The notes beneath the pieces are model-generated. The model was given only the letters and a program-made list of their open reading frames with translations, was not told where the DNA came from and ran no database searches. A program made the translations under genes and the position numbers. Shown here piece by piece: positions 19,846 to 28,735 of a DNA stretch of 64,000 bases (position 1 is its first letter; every line of letters begins with the position of its first letter). Source of the DNA: an uncultured delta proteobacterium (GTDB lineage: Bacteria > Bdellovibrionota > FAC87 > UBA2466). The stretch is taken from positions 96,001 through 160,000 of the forward strand of contig CAVZSV010000001.1 in NCBI GenBank assembly GCA_963778115.1, read 5' to 3'.

Positions 19846-21207
19846 TTGAACAAGCCGCTTTGCTTCGTGCTAATGCCATTTGGGGAAAAAGTGGACACGA
19901 CAGGCACTAAAGTCGATTTCGATCGGGTTTATCAAGAGGTAATCGCGCCGGCGATTTCCGAATCAGGTATGGAGTGTATCCGTGCTGATGAAGAACAGGT
20001 CGGGGGCATCATTCATAAACCAATGTTTGAGCGCTTAGTTCTTTGCGAATATGCCGTTGTTGATTTAACGACCGCCAACGCTAACGTGTTTTACGAACTA
20101 GGCGTTCGGCACGCGGTTCGTCCTTGGAGCACGGTGCTGTTGTTTTCAGCTCCAACTCGATTACCTTTCGATGTTGCTCCCCTGCGCGCGATGCCATATA
20201 AGTTGCAAAAAAATGGCCACCCTGCTGAAGTTACTAAAACGAGGGCGTCCCTTGTAAAACGACTAAATACGGCACGAGCGGCAGCGAAAGATAAGCCCGC
20301 TCACGACAGTCCCGTTTTTCAGCTGCTCGATGGATTCCCCGAGATCGACCATACTAAGACCGATGTGTTTAGAGACCGAGTGAAATACTCGGAGGGAATA
20401 AAGCAGAGTCTCGCTGAAGCCAGGAAAAAAGGGCTCGACGCAGTAAAGGCGGTTGAAACCACTCTTGGCGACATTGCGACTCAAGATATTGGTGTAGCCG
20501 TGGACCTATTTCTTTCTTATCGTGCCGTTAGCGCCTGGAAAGATATGGTCGATCTGGTTGGGAAAATGGCGCAACCGCTTGCTGCGACGGTGATGATTCA
20601 AGAACAACTTGCTTTCGCTTTGAATCGTCTCCGAAAGAGTGATGAGGCGGAAGTCGTCTTGGTGAATTTGCTAAAGACCAGAGGAAAGAGTAGCGAGACG
20701 CTAGGGATTTTAGGACGCGTTTACAAAGATCGGTGGCTGGAAGCAGAAAAGTCCGGAGAGCAAAAGGTCGCTCAAGGTTGGCTCGAAAAGGCTATTGAGA
20801 CTTACCTTCGCGGCTTTGAGGCCGATTGGCGTGATGCCTATCCGGGAATCAATGCGGTTACATTAATGGAAGTAAGGACCCCACCCGATCCTAGACGAAA
20901 AAAGCTGATTCCCGTTGTGATGTACTCAGTTGAACAACGCCTCGATCGTGATGAGCCGGACTATTGGGACCACGCCACACTTCTTGAAATCTCCGTACTA
21001 GGTCGAGACGAAATCACTGGCAAGGAGGCGCTAAACAATGCCCTTATCTCTATGCGAGAGGCATGGGAGGGCACGTCAACGGCTGGAAATTTGCTCATAA
21101 TCCGAAAAGTAAGGGAGACGCGCAATGAGACCTTCAATTGGGCCATGGAAGCTGAGCAAGCCATTACGGAGCGGGTGCGAGTCATATCGCAGGCTGCAAA
21201 AAACTGA
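19846..21207 (+). CDS. Deoxyribohydrolase-like (DRHyd) + TPR protein (DUF4071 / MAP3K TRAF-binding-like)
   Basis: CFVLMPFG…RADE…DLTTANANVFYELGVRHA; TPR part AFALNR, GRVYKD, YPGINA, DYWDHAT; TTG start inferred. Confidence 0.85.
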   Translation: MNKPLCFVLMPFGEKVDTTGTKVDFDRVYQEVIAPAISESGMECIRADEEQVGGIIHKPMFERLVLCEYAVVDLTTANANVFYELGVRHAVRPWSTVLLFSAPTRLPFDVAPLRAMPYKLQKNGHPAEVTKTRASLVKRLNTARAAAKDKPAHDSPVFQLLDGFPEIDHTKTDVFRDRVKYSEGIKQSLAEARKKGLDAVKAVETTLGDIATQDIGVAVDLFLSYRAVSAWKDMVDLVGKMAQPLAATVMIQEQLAFALNRLRKSDEAEVVLVNLLKTRGKSSETLGILGRVYKDRWLEAEKSGEQKVAQGWLEKAIETYLRGFEADWRDAYPGINAVTLMEVRTPPDPRRKKLIPVVMYSVEQRLDRDEPDYWDHATLLEISVLGRDEITGKEALNNALISMREAWEGTSTAGNLLIIRKVRETRNETFNWAMEAEQAITERVRVISQAAKN

Positions 21208-21242
21208 TATAGATCCTGCTTTCCGGCTCACTACCTTTTGGT

Positions 21243-21992
21243 TCAAGACCCTTTCGGTGAGTCTAGATGCCGCAATAATTCAATTGCGGCCTTAAGCGGA
21301 TCTTTGGGCAGCTTAGGAAATAATCTACTTGCTTCTCCTCCGAAGTCATTCGGAATAGGCGAATCATGTCGATGAGCTTCACTAATCGCAATAGCATGAT
21401 TCATCTCTAGCGGTATAAACACTACCTTCTTATTCGCATCTATCGCGCCTTTAATTTCATCGGCAGCCACGCGTCCACCTCCGATTCCAATAAACACGTC
21501 ACCGGTCTCAATAATCACACCAGATGTAGGAGATAATCGCTGTTTTTGAGGATCGATCCCCCCCCAGAGACTATCTTCGATAATGAAAACTTTGTCGACT
21601 GACCTACAGGATTGTATTCCCTTCTCCTTGGCTATCGAGGAGATAATTCCGACTGTTGTAAAACCTAATTCTTTCGCGATCGGGTATATCTCTCCAATAC
21701 CGTCGCAGCTGGCCCCAATTGTGATAACCACTTTCCGTGGATTCAACTCCTTTAGAATCGTTCTTGCGTACCGTTTCATGGTCATTGGATTCTCGTAACC
21801 GAGGGAAGAGAACCCTAAGAAGGTCACACTTTTTTTACCGGCTGATTGGTAGTATTTTTTGATCGGCTCGCTGGGATTTGATCCTTCCAGTTCGCTCATG
21901 ACGGTGACCGTATATATCGAACAGCTAAGTATTACTAGCAGGGTTAAGCGGTCTGGAAGCGAACGCCAAGACTTCCATTTCTCCATCGACAT
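21243..21992 (-). CDS. SLOG-superfamily nucleotide-binding protein with N-terminal hydrophobic anchor
   Basis: VTFLGFS…TIGASCDGIG…A…G..TVGI…DVFIGIGGG…E LOG/SLOG-like pattern. Confidence 0.65.
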   Translation of the reverse strand: MSMEKWKSWRSLPDRLTLLVILSCSIYTVTVMSELEGSNPSEPIKKYYQSAGKKSVTFLGFSSLGYENPMTMKRYARTILKELNPRKVVITIGASCDGIGEIYPIAKELGFTTVGIISSIAKEKGIQSCRSVDKVFIIEDSLWGGIDPQKQRLSPTSGVIIETGDVFIGIGGGRVAADEIKGAIDANKKVVFIPLEMNHAIAISEAHRHDSPIPNDFGGEASRLFPKLPKDPLKAAIELLRHLDSPKGS

Positions 21993-22019
21993 AATCCTTT
22001 TTGCTCTATGCTCTACCGC

Positions 22020-22577
22020 CTAAGAAACGTTTCTACTCATTTTCTCTCGACTGTTTATTATTTTGCTTTTGTCGGAACTCTTACGAATCGCTTCTTCGAT
22101 CGCCGTTTTGATGACAGCGGGATCGGAAGTCCAATCAATATGGTGAATGTATCCCGATACAATGTTCTCGTGCAAGCGATCGGCTACAATTGCAGAATTG
22201 TTCTCACCTCTCGTAACCGAGGGTAAAATAATGCCGAGTACTGCGTGTTCAAGGTGGAGCGTTGAGTAAATTTCCCAGTCCACATACTTTCTCTTCCAGG
22301 TTTCTGCCCCGCACAAAACTACGGTAACAGATGAGCCTTTAATGAACTCTTCGCGTATTCGACGATTAACGTATTCCGTATCGTTACTACGAATACTGCC
22401 ATCGACAGACTGGTCATAGAACACCTCATAGTTGGACGAAAAAAGTTTCTTGAATTGTTCAAACCAGGTCCAGTCGTTTGCGTGGTGGAAGCTAATAAAT
22501 ACCTTGCGTTTGGTCTGTTGGTTCAATATCCCGGAAAGACCTGCGAACCTGGTCGCAAAGCGATTGTCAGAACTCAT
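22020..22577 (-). CDS. Thoeris ThsB-like TIR protein
   Basis: KVFISFHHAND…IREEFIKGSSVTVVLCGAETWKRKYVDWEI. Confidence 0.9.
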   Translation of the reverse strand: MSSDNRFATRFAGLSGILNQQTKRKVFISFHHANDWTWFEQFKKLFSSNYEVFYDQSVDGSIRSNDTEYVNRRIREEFIKGSSVTVVLCGAETWKRKYVDWEIYSTLHLEHAVLGIILPSVTRGENNSAIVADRLHENIVSGYIHHIDWTSDPAVIKTAIEEAIRKSSDKSKIINSREKMSRNVS

Positions 22578-22586
22578 ATTAGTCCC

Positions 22587-23126
22587 TTACAGCTTTAACC
22601 AATTCTTCAATAGCGTCACGCTCCTCGTTCCGCTGGGTTCCGGATCTACTACCCACTGCTTCCCCGAATATCCAGTTACCCTAATAAATCGAATTACCGG
22701 GTACAGCCCTAGATACTCTCTTCTCGCCCACGCCTCTTCAGTAGAAGAGCGCCCCATGGGAAGCAACGCCACATTCCCAACTCCTTTGTGCCCATCACCC
22801 ATTCCCAGCTCCCACGGGATCCACCCCGACCTGGAGCTATTCTCAGACATCATTATAACGAGACGGCCAGAACGACGTAACTCGCTACGAAGGATTTCCG
22901 CTGTCTCGGCGGACGGGTTCTCTGGCAGGCGCTTATCGCCGTTATCGGCATAAACAACGCCTCCGTGCTCTCGAAGAAAATCGCTTACGCCCCTTACATA
23001 TAAGTCATCTTTGGATGAATGGGAGAGGAAAATTTTTTGCCCTCTTCCTTCCGCGAGCCTTTGATCGTTGGTGAGTGCCTCAGACTTACGAATCTTGTTA
23101 ATGTCGTCGAAGGTAATATAAGCCAT
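22587..23126 (-). CDS. TIR domain protein (TIR_2-like)
   Basis: IFLSHSSKD…VYAD…SENSSRSGWIPWELG. Confidence 0.88.
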   Translation of the reverse strand: MAYITFDDINKIRKSEALTNDQRLAEGRGQKIFLSHSSKDDLYVRGVSDFLREHGGVVYADNGDKRLPENPSAETAEILRSELRRSGRLVIMMSENSSRSGWIPWELGMGDGHKGVGNVALLPMGRSSTEEAWARREYLGLYPVIRFIRVTGYSGKQWVVDPEPSGTRSVTLLKNWLKL

Positions 23127-23134
23127 AGTAATTT

Positions 23135-24034
23135 TTACTCACCCCTACGGGCCATCCACATAGTGTGTTCTCTGGAAATCGCGTTTTCTGTATTCTTCAC
23201 AAAGACCCCCAAATCATTGTCGCTATTCACAGAGTTTGAATCAACCTCAACCAAGCTTAGTTCCTGAGCCGTCAGCGCGTAGACTTGAGCGAGCTCCTGA
23301 AATTTGCGTATTTGCATCCAAGAAAATAGTGCTATGGCTAACGCCGAAAAGAAACCAGTCATATTGCGGCTTTCCGGTTCCTTAATTAAATAGAGAGCCC
23401 ATAAAAATCCAATTAGCTGGGTTGCAATAGCACAACGAAAAAATGTCGTTTCCTTTGACCTATTGAACTCCGCCTTGCCTGCATACCAGTTTTTTTGGTC
23501 CATCAAACGAAATTTCAAGTATATTGTTTTCCGCTCATTCGTGGTGGAAGCCCTTATCTTTCGCATTAGGTCGGTGATTTGTGGACCTTGATTCGTTGAT
23601 GTTTGAAAATCGAACGCAAGATATTGCCTTTCGGTGAGAAATTCCGAAAGAGCGCTGGCAAACTTCCGATCAGCATCGCCAGATGCGAGTTGAGTCGGAT
23701 AAGGATCAGCGCCCATCATATATTTCCAGGAAAGGCTTTTCACCGATTCTGCGACTGCACGCGCACCGTACCAAGTTTTCTCATAGCGAGTAAATTTGAG
23801 CGCTAGAGAAACAAGGAAGGCCAAGAGAAATAGGAAGGCACCCGCAATCGCAAACCAAGACTTACCCTCATGCTGAAGGGAGCTAAAGGAAGATAGCAAG
23901 ACTCCTAATAGAACCAGGATAAGATCTGCTTTCACCAAACGAGCATACATTCCCTGCGCCTTGAGTGAGGCATTGTTTGCAATATGCCAGAGGACCGGCA
24001 GGTCCCTATCCTGCAGACTAGTTGTCATGAGCAT
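23135..24034 (-). CDS. Tandem SLATT (DUF4231-like) 2x2TM membrane effector
   Basis: Two TM pairs; WYGARAVAESVKSLSWKY, YLKFRLMDQKNWY, ENAISREHTMW. Confidence 0.85.
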   Translation of the reverse strand: MLMTTSLQDRDLPVLWHIANNASLKAQGMYARLVKADLILVLLGVLLSSFSSLQHEGKSWFAIAGAFLFLLAFLVSLALKFTRYEKTWYGARAVAESVKSLSWKYMMGADPYPTQLASGDADRKFASALSEFLTERQYLAFDFQTSTNQGPQITDLMRKIRASTTNERKTIYLKFRLMDQKNWYAGKAEFNRSKETTFFRCAIATQLIGFLWALYLIKEPESRNMTGFFSALAIALFSWMQIRKFQELAQVYALTAQELSLVEVDSNSVNSDNDLGVFVKNTENAISREHTMWMARRGE

Positions 24035-24056
24035 CCTACTCCTCGTTGAATCGCGA

Positions 24057-24338
24057 TTAAGCTACCTTTCGAGGTACGAGTCTGATCTCATAGCCAAGAA
24101 CGCGCAGTACGTTTAGTAATATATCAAACGTGATCTTGGCAGTACCAATGCCCGATTCGATCTGGGCTATCCTTCCTTGGCTGACTCCAAGCTTTTTGGC
24201 TAATGCGGCCTGAGATAATTTTCGTTCCTGGCGCGCCTCAGAAATTAGCTCGATCAACTTCTGCTTCTCTCGCACTTCCGCTGGGTTTACTCCGAGCGAT
24301 TTCGCCAATTTCTCAAAATTTGTTTCTTTCCAAGCCAT
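24057..24338 (-). CDS. XRE/HigA-like antitoxin
   Basis: LSQAALAKKLGVSQGRIAQIESG; directly follows the toxin gene. Confidence 0.85.
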   Translation of the reverse strand: MAWKETNFEKLAKSLGVNPAEVREKQKLIELISEARQERKLSQAALAKKLGVSQGRIAQIESGIGTAKITFDILLNVLRVLGYEIRLVPRKVA

Positions 24339-24339
24339 C

Positions 24340-24672
24340 TCAAATCTCCTTAAGTCTTCTCAGAATCAATTCTACGTCTTCCTTGGGAATCGCTTGGGTC
24401 TTCTTCTTCATCGCATGAACCATGTAGATCGCGTCACTCTTCTTGATGAAGTAGAAAAACCTCACTTGCCCACCTCGATCCTTGAATCTCAATTCATGGA
24501 GACCGTGATGGATGCCCGATAAATTCCGACTGACGGGCATTGAGAGCACTTTGCCCTGTTCCAGGAGCGAGATCGCATCCAAGAACTCACCTTGGACCTC
24601 TTCCGAGCACTCGTGAAGAAACGTTTCCACCGGGCTACGACCTGATGATGTTTCATAGAAGCGTATCTTCAC
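24340..24672 (-). CDS. RelE/HigB (Gp49-like) toxin
   Basis: FYETSSGRSPV…LHELR…RFFYF…HAMKKKTQAIP. Confidence 0.88.
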   Translation of the reverse strand: MKIRFYETSSGRSPVETFLHECSEEVQGEFLDAISLLEQGKVLSMPVSRNLSGIHHGLHELRFKDRGGQVRFFYFIKKSDAIYMVHAMKKKTQAIPKEDVELILRRLKEI

Positions 24673-24679
24673 TTTTCCT

Positions 24680-24709
24680 ATTATAAGCTATAACTAATAA
24701 TTAGTTCAA
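24680..24709 (-). promoter_or_regulatory. Sigma70-type promoter with operator palindrome for the TA/defence operon
   Basis: Minus strand TTGAAC-N18-TATAAT ending 7 nt before GTG 24672 (probably leaderless); palindrome AACTAAT-A-ATTAGTT at 24692..24706. Confidence 0.7.
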
Positions 24710-24766
24710 GCTAATACTCAAAACAACGACAACGGGTACGAGTCGAGGACTCGTCCGTTTCTGATT

Positions 24767-24779
24767 TAACTTATTGATA
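24767..24779. promoter_or_regulatory. IHF consensus site beside att core 3
   Basis: TAACTTATTGATA matches YAANNNNTTGATW. Confidence 0.6.
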
Positions 24780-24793
24780 TCATTGAGAAAAAA

Positions 24794-24814
24794 TGGCGGG
24801 GCGGACGGGACTCG
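24794..24814 (-). other. att core 3: tRNA 3'-end fragment
   Basis: Minus strand CGAGTCCCGTCCGCCCCGCCA (part of T-loop, T-stem, acceptor stem, CCA). Confidence 0.85.
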
Positions 24815-24881
24815 GACGGCGGAGATTTTTAACGCATTGAGTTAATTCAAATAACAAAAACTAACAACGAGTTACTTGTTA

Positions 24882-25011
24882 GTGTGTCCCGCACAGAAAC
24901 GCACCAATTAGCCCCTTTTACCCCTATCCTGTCCCACAAACGTCCCACAAAAAAGCGAGTGGGACGGGTACGAGCGTAGGCGGAGTTTGGCGTGGGACGG
25001 TTTCGTCCCCT
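24882..25011 (+). repeat. ~130-bp att-arm repeat, copy 1
   Basis: Near-identical to 32484..32613; two GTCCCACA direct and two GTGGGAC inverted motifs. Confidence 0.9.
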
Positions 25012-25032
25012 GATGGGGGCAATCTCCCGTGA

Positions 25033-25446
25033 TCAAAGGGGGCAATGGGAGGCGAAATCAAACCACAGGCCTTTGAATTGTTCGATAAACTTCTTCAGGT
25101 TGTCGATTCCGTCCGGTTTTTTGAAATAGAAGCTGGCGCCGTTGGCGTAAAACTCACAAACGTCTTTTTCTAACTCTCCGCTCGAAAACGCACAGACGGG
25201 AATTCTCTTGAAAGCGGGATCAGCTTTTAATTCCCTAAGCACCTCTTGCCCGGATTTTCCGGGCATCCGAACGTCGAGCAGAATGACTTGAGGTTTGGCT
25301 TCGGGGGAAGACCTGAGTAGCTTGAGGGCTTCGTCTCCACTTTTGGCCGTGGTAACCCGCAGGCCTGAATCCACCATTTTGATGACGGATTTCATTAGCT
25401 GAAGTTGATCCAATGCATCGTCCACGATCATCACGTGCGGTCTCAT
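25033..25446 (-). CDS. Single-domain response regulator
   Basis: MIVDD, LLDVRMP, FKKP; ATGA overlap with kinase stop. Confidence 0.9.
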   Translation of the reverse strand: MRPHVMIVDDALDQLQLMKSVIKMVDSGLRVTTAKSGDEALKLLRSSPEAKPQVILLDVRMPGKSGQEVLRELKADPAFKRIPVCAFSSGELEKDVCEFYANGASFYFKKPDGIDNLKKFIEQFKGLWFDFASHCPL

Positions 25447-26969
25447 GCTGCTTTTCCTCCAATACTTTTGGGACATCTAAAATAGAATGTGCTACCTGTT
25501 CCCGGTACTGAATCCACCCAAATACGGCCGCCGAAGAGCTCAACGATCTTCTTGCAAAGGGCTAAGCCGATTCCAGTACCCGGATACTCTTCGTTACTAT
25601 GCAGTCTGTTGAACATCTCGAAAATTCTATCGGTGTGCTGCGGTTCGATCCCGATACCATTGTCTTTTACAGAAAACTCATAGCAGTCGGCCTGTTCGTT
25701 GAAACCGATATCTATCTCGGGCTCGCGAGATTTGTCCCGATAGGTCAAAGCATTGCGAATCAGGTTAGTAAATAAAGACTCCCAAAGACTGGATACCCCT
25801 TGTACCGCTGGAAGCTTCCCACAATGGATATGAGCGTGGGCGATCTCTACGTCCTGTTTCAGGTTGGACAATATGCCCTGGACCACCTGGTCTAACTCGA
25901 TATGCCTGACGTGAGTCGCTGAAACATTCACTTTGGCAAGTTCGAGAATATCATTAACAAGAGCGTTTGCCTTCTTGCCGTTCTCCTCGATGAACCCGAT
26001 CGCCTGGTCTATCTCCTCATTTCGGGGTTTGGGGACTAACCGGTCCAACATCTGCGCCCATGAAACGATGGATCGCAGTGGAGAGCGCAGGTCATGAGCC
26101 GCAACGCCAGCAAACTGCTCCAGTTCCTTATTGGAGCGGCTCAATTGCTGGGCGTTCATTTCGAGCTGCTTTTGAGTTTCTGAAAGACTTCCGACCATAT
26201 GATTGATAGCGATCGTAAGCTTCTCAATTTCGTCGGTCCCCTTTAGACTGGCCACTCGCGCATCGAGATTCCCCCCTGCAATAGCATCAGCCACCCGTCT
26301 CATCTCCCAGAGCGGCAGAATGAGCGTTCTGTACGTACTAACCCCCGATACGATGGCCAGAAGTAAAAGTGCTAGGGTAAGTCCAGTCATTACCCTGCGA
26401 AATCGCTGGTCAGCCGCCTCCAGATCGACTCCTGCCCTGTGCAGCTTCTTCACATTGAAAATATTTAAATCAGCAATCGCGGCTTCGTTAATCTGTTTCT
26501 TGTTGATCCAAACGTTGAAGACCCTTGCGATCCGTTTCTCCGAACCTTCATCGATGGCATTTACCAGCGCCTCCTGAAGATCCACAATGCCTTTTCTACT
26601 TTCAAGGTAAGCCTCAAATACTCGCTGTCCCCTTCTTGAAGGATTCAAGATTTTCATCTGCTCAATGCATGAGAGAATCTCCTTGTCCGCGTTGCGAAGC
26701 AGTCGAAGATAAATCGGTTTAGGATCAAATCGATACGAAAGAAGGTATTTTTTCTTGTCGCTTACGAATTTTCTAATCTGGCTGGTTAATAAGCTCGCTT
26801 TCTGGACCTTATCGAAGACAAGGGTTGCCGCCTCCTTCCTCTGTTGAATGGAGACTGCGAGGTAAATGAAGGAGCCTAGGACCAAACAGAAAATCAAGAA
26901 CTGGGGAAGAATTACCTTGAAGAGCAGGCTCCGCATCTGAAAATGCGTTTGTCGAGTCTGACCGTTCAT
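25443..26969 (-). CDS. HAMP-domain sensor histidine kinase
   Basis: 2 TM, HAMP (DEIEKL), AAHDLRSPL, DNGIGI, GTGIGLA. Confidence 0.92.
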   Translation of the reverse strand: MNGQTRQTHFQMRSLLFKVILPQFLIFCLVLGSFIYLAVSIQQRKEAATLVFDKVQKASLLTSQIRKFVSDKKKYLLSYRFDPKPIYLRLLRNADKEILSCIEQMKILNPSRRGQRVFEAYLESRKGIVDLQEALVNAIDEGSEKRIARVFNVWINKKQINEAAIADLNIFNVKKLHRAGVDLEAADQRFRRVMTGLTLALLLLAIVSGVSTYRTLILPLWEMRRVADAIAGGNLDARVASLKGTDEIEKLTIAINHMVGSLSETQKQLEMNAQQLSRSNKELEQFAGVAAHDLRSPLRSIVSWAQMLDRLVPKPRNEEIDQAIGFIEENGKKANALVNDILELAKVNVSATHVRHIELDQVVQGILSNLKQDVEIAHAHIHCGKLPAVQGVSSLWESLFTNLIRNALTYRDKSREPEIDIGFNEQADCYEFSVKDNGIGIEPQHTDRIFEMFNRLHSNEEYPGTGIGLALCKKIVELFGGRIWVDSVPGTGSTFYFRCPKSIGGKAA

Positions 26970-28000
26970 GGGCGACTCCAGGCGGGTTTTTCACTTAGCG
27001 TCACCGCTTCATAGCTCACCTTTTCCAAAAGGCTCGGGTACAGTACGTGCGAGATATCGACAAGAGGGGGATGACTGGATTCCAGAGCTTCATACCACTC
27101 AGCCTCCTGTTGCATGATGGCCAGAAGGACGTTGTTCAGTTTGAGCCCTCGTCGAAGGGACTTCGAAACCACCGAAATCTCTTTTGCGGTTCCGAACTGG
27201 TTACCAAGTTCTCGGGTGATTATGCTCACCACTTCCTCTGGATTGTCATACTCAAGTTGTTCCGCGCGAAACAACGCCCGAAGGAGTTTAGTAAACGGCG
27301 CGCCCTTGGCAACGACTCGGCTTCGCAGGCCCACAAGCATAGACATCTCAACATAGTCATCTGAGTAGAAGACTTTTATTTGACTAGGAGGAAGAGTATT
27401 TTGAATCCTAATTAAATGTGGATTCCAAGTGACGACTGCGTCCACCGTCTCACTTTTTAGCGCCCTTAGCATGTCGCCAGGCTCTAAACTTACAAACTTA
27501 ACCTTTCTAAGACCAAGGCCGGCCGAGCGGATCATAGACGTCGCAAGAAAATGGCTCGTCGATTTCGGGGTGACACCGACACGTTTTCCACGAAGATCCT
27601 CAATTGATTCAATGCCACTGTTTTTTCTCGCGACCAGAGCGGTATTGTGGGTAGCCTCATGTAAAGAAGTGAGGACTGCGAGATCTTGACCGTCAATCGC
27701 TTGCAGTACGATCGGTGTCTCGTATGAGGTAGCAAGGTCCACCTTACCGGCAATGGCAGCCTTGAGGGCGTCTCTTCCCGAAGGATAGGGAGCGAGCACG
27801 ACGTCCAGTCCCTCATCCCGAAAGTAGCCCTTCGCTAGAGCTACATAGAGAAGGCCAAAGCTCACTTGCTGAGCATCACCGATAACAATCCTCTCAAGCT
27901 TAGGACGCTTCCAGTTTTCAAAGAAGGCTATAGTGAGCAGAGCGGTCAGGAAGAATCCGACGAGGATGAAAAGGGGAATCTTTTTCACCGTGGCAGGCAT
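26966..28000 (-). CDS. NMT1/SsuA/NrtA-family substrate-binding protein
   Basis: YVALAKGYFRDEGLDV, DLRGKRVGV, DAVVTWNP. Confidence 0.88.
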   Translation of the reverse strand: MPATVKKIPLFILVGFFLTALLTIAFFENWKRPKLERIVIGDAQQVSFGLLYVALAKGYFRDEGLDVVLAPYPSGRDALKAAIAGKVDLATSYETPIVLQAIDGQDLAVLTSLHEATHNTALVARKNSGIESIEDLRGKRVGVTPKSTSHFLATSMIRSAGLGLRKVKFVSLEPGDMLRALKSETVDAVVTWNPHLIRIQNTLPPSQIKVFYSDDYVEMSMLVGLRSRVVAKGAPFTKLLRALFRAEQLEYDNPEEVVSIITRELGNQFGTAKEISVVSKSLRRGLKLNNVLLAIMQQEAEWYEALESSHPPLVDISHVLYPSLLEKVSYEAVTLSEKPAWSRP

Positions 28001-28336
28001 GTCTGGCTATCCCCTCAGTTGCCCTTGTGGGACGCTGTTATAGGACTTTAACTATGATGGCCTCATAGCAGATGTGCCGCAAGGTGTCAAAACCGGGGGG
28101 GGGGGTTCCCCTTACCGTGAGCCTCAGAAATTGGCTAGAAAGCATTCCACTCCTGAAGTTTCGACTCGAAACAGAAACGCTCGCAGCGTTGTATTCTCAC
28201 GGTCTTCGCGCCCCACCGTTAGTATGCGCATCGCATGTAATCTTCAGTTCATCCTCCTGTTATGTTCGGTGCGTTAAAATTAAGTAAAGACAAGCCCTCG
28301 CTGTGTGGGGTTGCGAAACAAAGAAAGGAAGCCAAT

Positions 28337-28558
28337 ATGAAAAGCATCTATCGATTGTTATTCGTCGCGGGAGTTTTCCTATTGGCGTCCTGTGGAAATC
28401 AGTGTGGCCCGGGAACTTACGATAACGGGAATGGTTGTGTGTACTCTGCTAACAATTACAATTATCCCTATAACGGAGGATATGGGAATTCTTCCTACCC
28501 AGGTAGCTATCAACCCGGTTATCCAAACTACAACTATCCCGGGTATTATCCTCATTAG
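28337..28558 (+). CDS. Small Tyr/Asn/Pro-rich lipoprotein
   Basis: AAGGA RBS, lipobox LASC, YP repeats. Confidence 0.65.
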   Translation: MKSIYRLLFVAGVFLLASCGNQCGPGTYDNGNGCVYSANNYNYPYNGGYGNSSYPGSYQPGYPNYNYPGYYPH

Positions 28559-28735
28559 GCGCGCTAGCAATCGTAGCGAGGTTTCTACCGATGGTCCGGT
28601 TCAGGGCGGCCATCACGATTAACTTGCCGATCCTGATCGGGATTAATTCGCAAACCACCGCAGCCCACGATGCCAAAAAGAAAACAGAACAAGACGATCC
28701 ATTTCATAATGGTTAACCTCGTTTTCTGTCCCTGG

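Larger units (their letters stand above)
18870..24814. mobile_element. Genomic island segment 2 (xis, TIR defence cluster, TA pair); no integrase
   Basis: Bounded by att cores 2 and 3; arm repeats 19003..19022; excisionase at one end, IHF consensus at the other. Confidence 0.75.

Noticed and set aside
24740..24880. Intact tRNA gene at the att cores
   Set aside because: Only the last 16-21 nt match; adjacent sequence gives no D or anticodon arm at any of the three sites
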